From contig OZ244197.1 of the NCBI GenBank assembly GCA_965216785.1, positions 1,952,001 through 2,016,000 on the forward strand: a DNA stretch of 64,000 nucleotides, given 5' to 3'. Positions within the stretch are counted from its first letter, which is position 1, and each line of letters starts with the position of its first letter. This document shows positions 60,068 to 64,000 of the stretch, in pieces. Made by a program: the position numbers and the translations under genes. The notes under the pieces are model-generated. The model saw only the letters and a list, made by a program, of their open reading frames with translations. It was not told where the DNA came from and searched no databases. The stretch comes from Thermodesulfobacteriota bacterium. GTDB lineage: Bacteria > Desulfobacterota_D > UBA1144 > Nemesobacterales > UBA2774.

Positions 60068-62075
60068 TTTTGAGCTTTTTGGAGATAAAGATTATTTTCA
60101 ATTGTTACGGTATCTATTCGGGTATTGTAGTAATTATATAGAGTTTAGGACCATTAATCATGAGACTGATGAAGTGAGACAAATGTTCTATGAATTAACT
60201 GGTAAAAGGGTGCCTTTAGAAAATCTTGAAGATTTCCATAAGCAAGGTTTCGATATTTATTACGCTCCGGGGATACGCAAGTTTAAGAAGGGAACAAGAG
60301 ACTCTGTTATAGAAGTACCAGTATTATGGGTTGATATTGATAATAAGCATAATGAAGATTTAGAGGACAGAATAGATAACATACATGCTATAAGTAAGGA
60401 AATAGATCTTATACCTTCCGTTATTATAAACTCAGGAAATGGATTCCATCTTTACTTTAAATTCAAGCAAAATATCCAAATCAGGTCACAAGAGGATATT
60501 CAAGAGATTGAATCTAGACTAAGATGGCTAGCCTCTATCTTTGGTGGTGATAGCGTTTGGGATATATCAAGGGTTATGCGTTTACCAGGATTCTATAATT
60601 TGAAGGATCCCCAAAACCCCAAAAAATGTTCAATAATTGCATTCAATAAAGATGCTAAGTATGAACTCTCGGATTTTAAGACAACTAATATTAAGGAGAA
60701 CAATATGGAGAAAATTACACTCGGAAAGTTGCCAGATGAAAAACCTCTACGTTTTTATGATTTACAAAAAGAGGATTCGAATTTGAATAAGACATGGCTT
60801 GGTCTAAGAGAAGATTTATCGGACACTTCAGGTTCAGGTTATGACATGGCTCTAGCTGATGTACTTGTGAGGAGAAATTTTTCAAATGAAGAGATTGCAA
60901 GAATATTGATAGATGCGCCTTATGAGAAAACTAATCATAGAACCCTAGCATATCTAGAGCATACTATCTCAAAAGCTAGGGCAGGTAATGAGGAGATTTT
61001 TCAAGTATTTACAGAGAATAAAGGTTTGGCTGGGTTAAGTCTCAAACCGGAAGATTTTGATGACAGTAATATTGAATATCTTATAGATGATTTTCTACCA
61101 AAAAATACTCTCATGTTAATGACTGGTCGTTATGGAGTTGGTAAAAGTTATTTTAATTTAGCGGTTGCAAAAAAATTAATAGATGATGGTCATAAAGTGG
61201 TAATTGTTGATGTTGATATGCCAAAACATATTATTCACCAGAGACTTAAAGAGGCTGGTTTATTCGAACTTCTTGGAAATAAACTGCACTATGTCCATTC
61301 TACAAATTTTCCTTTTAGGATAGATTCAAAAAATCCAAATTGGTGTGAATTTAAAAATAGAATAGAAGTGGAGAACAACACAATTGTGATATTCGATAAC
61401 ATGAAGGAATTATTCCCCTACGGTGAAGACCTAAATATCGACTCGAATGTTATACCTGTAATGAACGAACTCAAAGAGGTTAGGGATATGTGTAACACAA
61501 TAATATTGATTCACCATGTTAGTAAGGACAGTAGCTCAATACATCCTTTCAAGAACAGCGGTTCAATCGCTGATAGTGTTGATATTGCTTATTTGTTAGA
61601 ACGAAGAGGTAATGATTGTGTTCTTAAATGTTTTAAATCTAGAATTCCTATTAAGGAAACTGTTAAGTTTTTCATAGAATCAGACTTTACCATGCAAACT
61701 AAGGAAACCGAGCAAGAAGCAGCTGACCTAGATAAAATGATTACGATTTACGAAGTAATTCGTAAAAGATGCGAGGGAGTAGACGGATTATTACAGAAGG
61801 ATATTATAGAAGAGATGTTTGGATTTTTATCCAGAGATAAGGTCCGAGAATTACTTTTCAAGGGTGAGGATATGCTCTGGAAAAGGACTCAAGGTGACAA
61901 GAACTCTTATTATTATGTTCCGATAGAAATCGATGCCCAAAATTCTAAAAGTCTGCCCCCCTATATACTTAAAAAACTCGGAATTTTAGAATTAGAGGAG
62001 GATAAATCAGTTGAAGAAGTTGACGAGAAATTTCTTCAAGGAAATGAGGTTTTAGAGAACATTACTCTACAATAA
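60057..62075 (+). CDS. RepB-type primase fused to an AAA_25/RecA-like helicase
   Basis: LWVDID, PSVIINSGNGFHLYF, D.SRVMRLPGFYN.K; SGSGYD; Walker A GRYGVGKS; VIFDN; LIHHVSK. Confidence 0.85.
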   Translation: MISNFELFGDKDYFQLLRYLFGYCSNYIEFRTINHETDEVRQMFYELTGKRVPLENLEDFHKQGFDIYYAPGIRKFKKGTRDSVIEVPVLWVDIDNKHNEDLEDRIDNIHAISKEIDLIPSVIINSGNGFHLYFKFKQNIQIRSQEDIQEIESRLRWLASIFGGDSVWDISRVMRLPGFYNLKDPQNPKKCSIIAFNKDAKYELSDFKTTNIKENNMEKITLGKLPDEKPLRFYDLQKEDSNLNKTWLGLREDLSDTSGSGYDMALADVLVRRNFSNEEIARILIDAPYEKTNHRTLAYLEHTISKARAGNEEIFQVFTENKGLAGLSLKPEDFDDSNIEYLIDDFLPKNTLMLMTGRYGVGKSYFNLAVAKKLIDDGHKVVIVDVDMPKHIIHQRLKEAGLFELLGNKLHYVHSTNFPFRIDSKNPNWCEFKNRIEVENNTIVIFDNMKELFPYGEDLNIDSNVIPVMNELKEVRDMCNTIILIHHVSKDSSSIHPFKNSGSIADSVDIAYLLERRGNDCVLKCFKSRIPIKETVKFFIESDFTMQTKETEQEAADLDKMITIYEVIRKRCEGVDGLLQKDIIEEMFGFLSRDKVRELLFKGEDMLWKRTQGDKNSYYYVPIEIDAQNSKSLPPYILKKLGILELEEDKSVEEVDEKFLQGNEVLENITLQ

Positions 62076-62143
62076 ACTTTAGAGGTAAAAATCTAAAATT
62101 CTTAGAAATATGGGTGTTATATATACAGACTTTTAGAATTTTG
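61938..62143. repeat. 18-bp perfect inverted repeat with internal partial copies (putative replication origin)
   Basis: caaaattctaaaagtctg (61938-61955) and cagacttttagaattttg (62126-62143); TTTTAGA/TCTAAAA motifs in between. Confidence 0.6.
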
Positions 62144-62233
62144 ATTTTAAATTCGGAAAAGTCTCATAACACCCTGTTATTATTATATATATGTATAATT
62201 TATGAGACCCAAAATATGGAGGAATTAGGATCT

Positions 62234-62506
62234 ATGCCAGAACGAAATTATGAAAAAAAAATTACGAATTCGAAACACGTCAGACAGATTTTATCAAGAA
62301 CGCTTAACCAATTGATGAACGCTGAAATCGAACCTAAATTTGCGAATTCAATCGCAACGCTCTGCAACACAATGTTAAAAGTTCTTAGAGCGACAAATTT
62401 AGAGGAGAGAATAAATAGGTTAGAGGAAATACAAGGTTCAAAAGAGCCTAAAAGTTCCCCAGTCACTTCAGATATAAAACAGATGATTAAGGAGATGAGA
62501 AGTTGA
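62234..62506 (+). CDS. hypothetical helical protein typical of small integrative elements
   Basis: AGGA RBS; EIEPKFANSIATL...LEERINRLEE; start could alternatively be 62216. Confidence 0.7.
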   Translation: MPERNYEKKITNSKHVRQILSRTLNQLMNAEIEPKFANSIATLCNTMLKVLRATNLEERINRLEEIQGSKEPKSSPVTSDIKQMIKEMRS

Positions 62507-62706
62507 GAGATTTAGAACGCAAGATGGAAAAGTTGGAGCAAATAAATACTTCAAACAACTTAGATCGTGAAGAGTTAGAAAAATATTTTGATTCAGAAAA
62601 CCTACATCCACTTGAGAGAACAGGGATTTTAATTAAGTTAGGATTGCTTGATAGTGAAACTATAATTGGTTGGATTGTAGAAGATAGTAAGTATGGAGAA
62701 AGATAA
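62503..62706 (+). CDS. hypothetical protein
   Basis: AAGGAG RBS; TTGA overlap with the previous stop. Confidence 0.6.
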   Translation: MRDLERKMEKLEQINTSNNLDREELEKYFDSENLHPLERTGILIKLGLLDSETIIGWIVEDSKYGER

Positions 62707-62866
62707 GACTCTAGAATATTTTATTAGAAAGTGTAAATGTGGAGAAGAAGTTAAAGCTCCTAGGGAGTATCCTGGAGATGATGCTATTAGGTTGTATCAA
62801 GTTTGTTGTCCGAAAGGACATCGTGCTTTTACTTTTGACTATATACTAATGCGATGGTGGAGATAG
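62693..62866 (+). CDS. 57-aa putative zinc-ribbon protein (not in ORF track)
   Basis: Hand translation MEKDKTLEYFIRKCKCGEEVKAPREYPGDDAIRLYQVCCPKGHRAFTFDYILMRWWR*. Confidence 0.45.
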   Translation: MEKDKTLEYFIRKCKCGEEVKAPREYPGDDAIRLYQVCCPKGHRAFTFDYILMRWWR

Positions 62867-63093
62867 CTGAATATCCCTGCCCCCACAGGTTATCATAGTC
62901 TAATATAGGGATTAAATGACTTCAAATTACTTGTAATGAAGGGACACAAAATTCCTTTTTAGACTAAGGTCCTATTAAATAGGGCATGCCAAAACTTCGA
63001 ACGCATGGTTGCGAAGAATAAGTGAGAATATAAATTAATTACTAGACGGCTTCAGACATTTAATCTATATATACTATAAGGGGGTATTTAACT

Positions 63094-63417
63094 ATGTTAG
63101 GTATGAATATTACTTTCTGGATTGTAGTAGGAGTATGCTTACTAGTGTTACTGTTTTTAATAATAGCTCTAAAACATTCGCATACAAAGAGGATTCATCT
63201 ACAAAGTTACATAGTGTATTTACTGTTAGAAGATACTATTAGGCAAGATCACAAAAATAAATTTATAACCTATATAAAGGAACTTGATGAAAGCAATATA
63301 GAAAATATAGAGTTATTAGCCTCAAATGCTATTGAGGTTATGTCTGATGGCTTGGCTGAAGAAGGAAATTCACTTCTTGCCTCAAAAGCCATGTTGCTCA
63401 ATATTAATAGAGGTTAG
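63094..63417 (+). CDS. hypothetical protein with N-terminal TM helix
   Basis: AAGGGGG RBS; hydrophobic N-terminus. Confidence 0.65.
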   Translation: MLGMNITFWIVVGVCLLVLLFLIIALKHSHTKRIHLQSYIVYLLLEDTIRQDHKNKFITYIKELDESNIENIELLASNAIEVMSDGLAEEGNSLLASKAMLLNINRG

Positions 63418-63462
63418 TTACTTTCAACTACTAGAGAAAGAATTAATTAGACTGGATTACTA

Positions 63463-64000
63463 ATGGACAATGATACGTATAAACCTAGCAGTCTCATAAA
63501 GGTTTTATTAGTATCCTTAATAATTCCTACTATAGGTATTATTGTTAGCATCTTCATTCTCAAAGATATCAATAATAGTTTGGCTTCGCAGGAACTGACT
63601 GACTTATTTACACTTTGTAATGCTGTATATTCTGGACAGTATAACTTTGAAGGTATACAAGAATTCATCAACTATTGTGATGATACTCAAATAGTTAGGT
63701 TGTTATTAAAGGGAAGCTTATTAGCTTTTGCAATTGGCATATTTACACCTATTATTTTCTTTATATTCTCAAAGATTGCTGGAACTAATCGGAAAAGAAT
63801 AACTTCAATCTTCCCAAGTCTATTAACACTTTCGACAATTTTGCTTGCAATATCAATTGTTATACAAGGAGCGGTTCTAGTTGTGGGAATTTATTTAGCT
63901 GAATCATACTGGTTTGGCAGAGTACACATTTTTATAATTGGTGCTGTTGCTATAGGTGCCCTAATTGGAGCTATAAAACTTTTGGAATCATCTTTTTCTT
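63463..64000 (+). CDS. multi-TM membrane protein, 3' truncated by the window (possibly the N-terminus of an M48 peptidase)
   Basis: Open frame MDNDTYKPSSLIKVLLVSLIIPTIG...AESYWFGRVHIFIIGAVAIG to the window end; no catalytic motif visible. Confidence 0.6.
   Translation, partial: MDNDTYKPSSLIKVLLVSLIIPTIGIIVSIFILKDINNSLASQELTDLFTLCNAVYSGQYNFEGIQEFINYCDDTQIVRLLLKGSLLAFAIGIFTPIIFFIFSKIAGTNRKRITSIFPSLLTLSTILLAISIVIQGAVLVVGIYLAESYWFGRVHIFIIGAVAIGALIGAIKLLESSFS

Larger units (their letters stand above)
59051..64000. mobile_element. AT-rich integrative element (phage satellite/integrated plasmid-like) at tRNA-Leu; right end outside the window
   Basis: Integrase fragment abutting the tRNA; HTH excisionase-like gene; primase-helicase; inverted repeats; sharp composition shift. 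Confidence 0.85.

Overview
Bacterial chromosomal window. The backbone gene order (nnr-tsaE-lysC-cimA; ogt-pgpA-cinA-recA-pilT; tsaB; ilvB-ilvN-ilvC-psd-pssA; cysS) resembles deltaproteobacteria-related lineages, which is an inference from gene order only. Four accessory regions stand out. (1) A ~19 kb cluster of 21 genes (38214-57319) joins the MSMEG_0565-0572/Nit1C core (DsrE-like protein, radical SAM, glycosyltransferase, GNAT, AIR-synthase-like protein) to a FdrA/DUF1116/DUF2877/carbamate kinase module. It has no nitrilase and ends in a biosynthetic-looking tail that includes a PLP fold-I enzyme whose catalytic Lys is replaced by His. This is the best candidate for an undescribed system. 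(2) An integrative primase-helicase element at tRNA-Leu (from 59051 to beyond the window end). Its integrase C-terminal fragment reads in frame out of the tRNA 3' end, which suggests an att-split integrase. (3) Two integrase-less islets, each bounded by a duplicated gene 3' end (4624-6141 and 14212-16840). (4) An array of three small Cys/His-rich paralogues, each with its own conserved promoter. Also present: a 4x48-bp tandem repeat in a 5' leader, an 8-repeat surface protein with a C-terminal sorting signal, a candidate sRNA and two tRNAs. All product calls come from motif recognition by eye; no database search was run.
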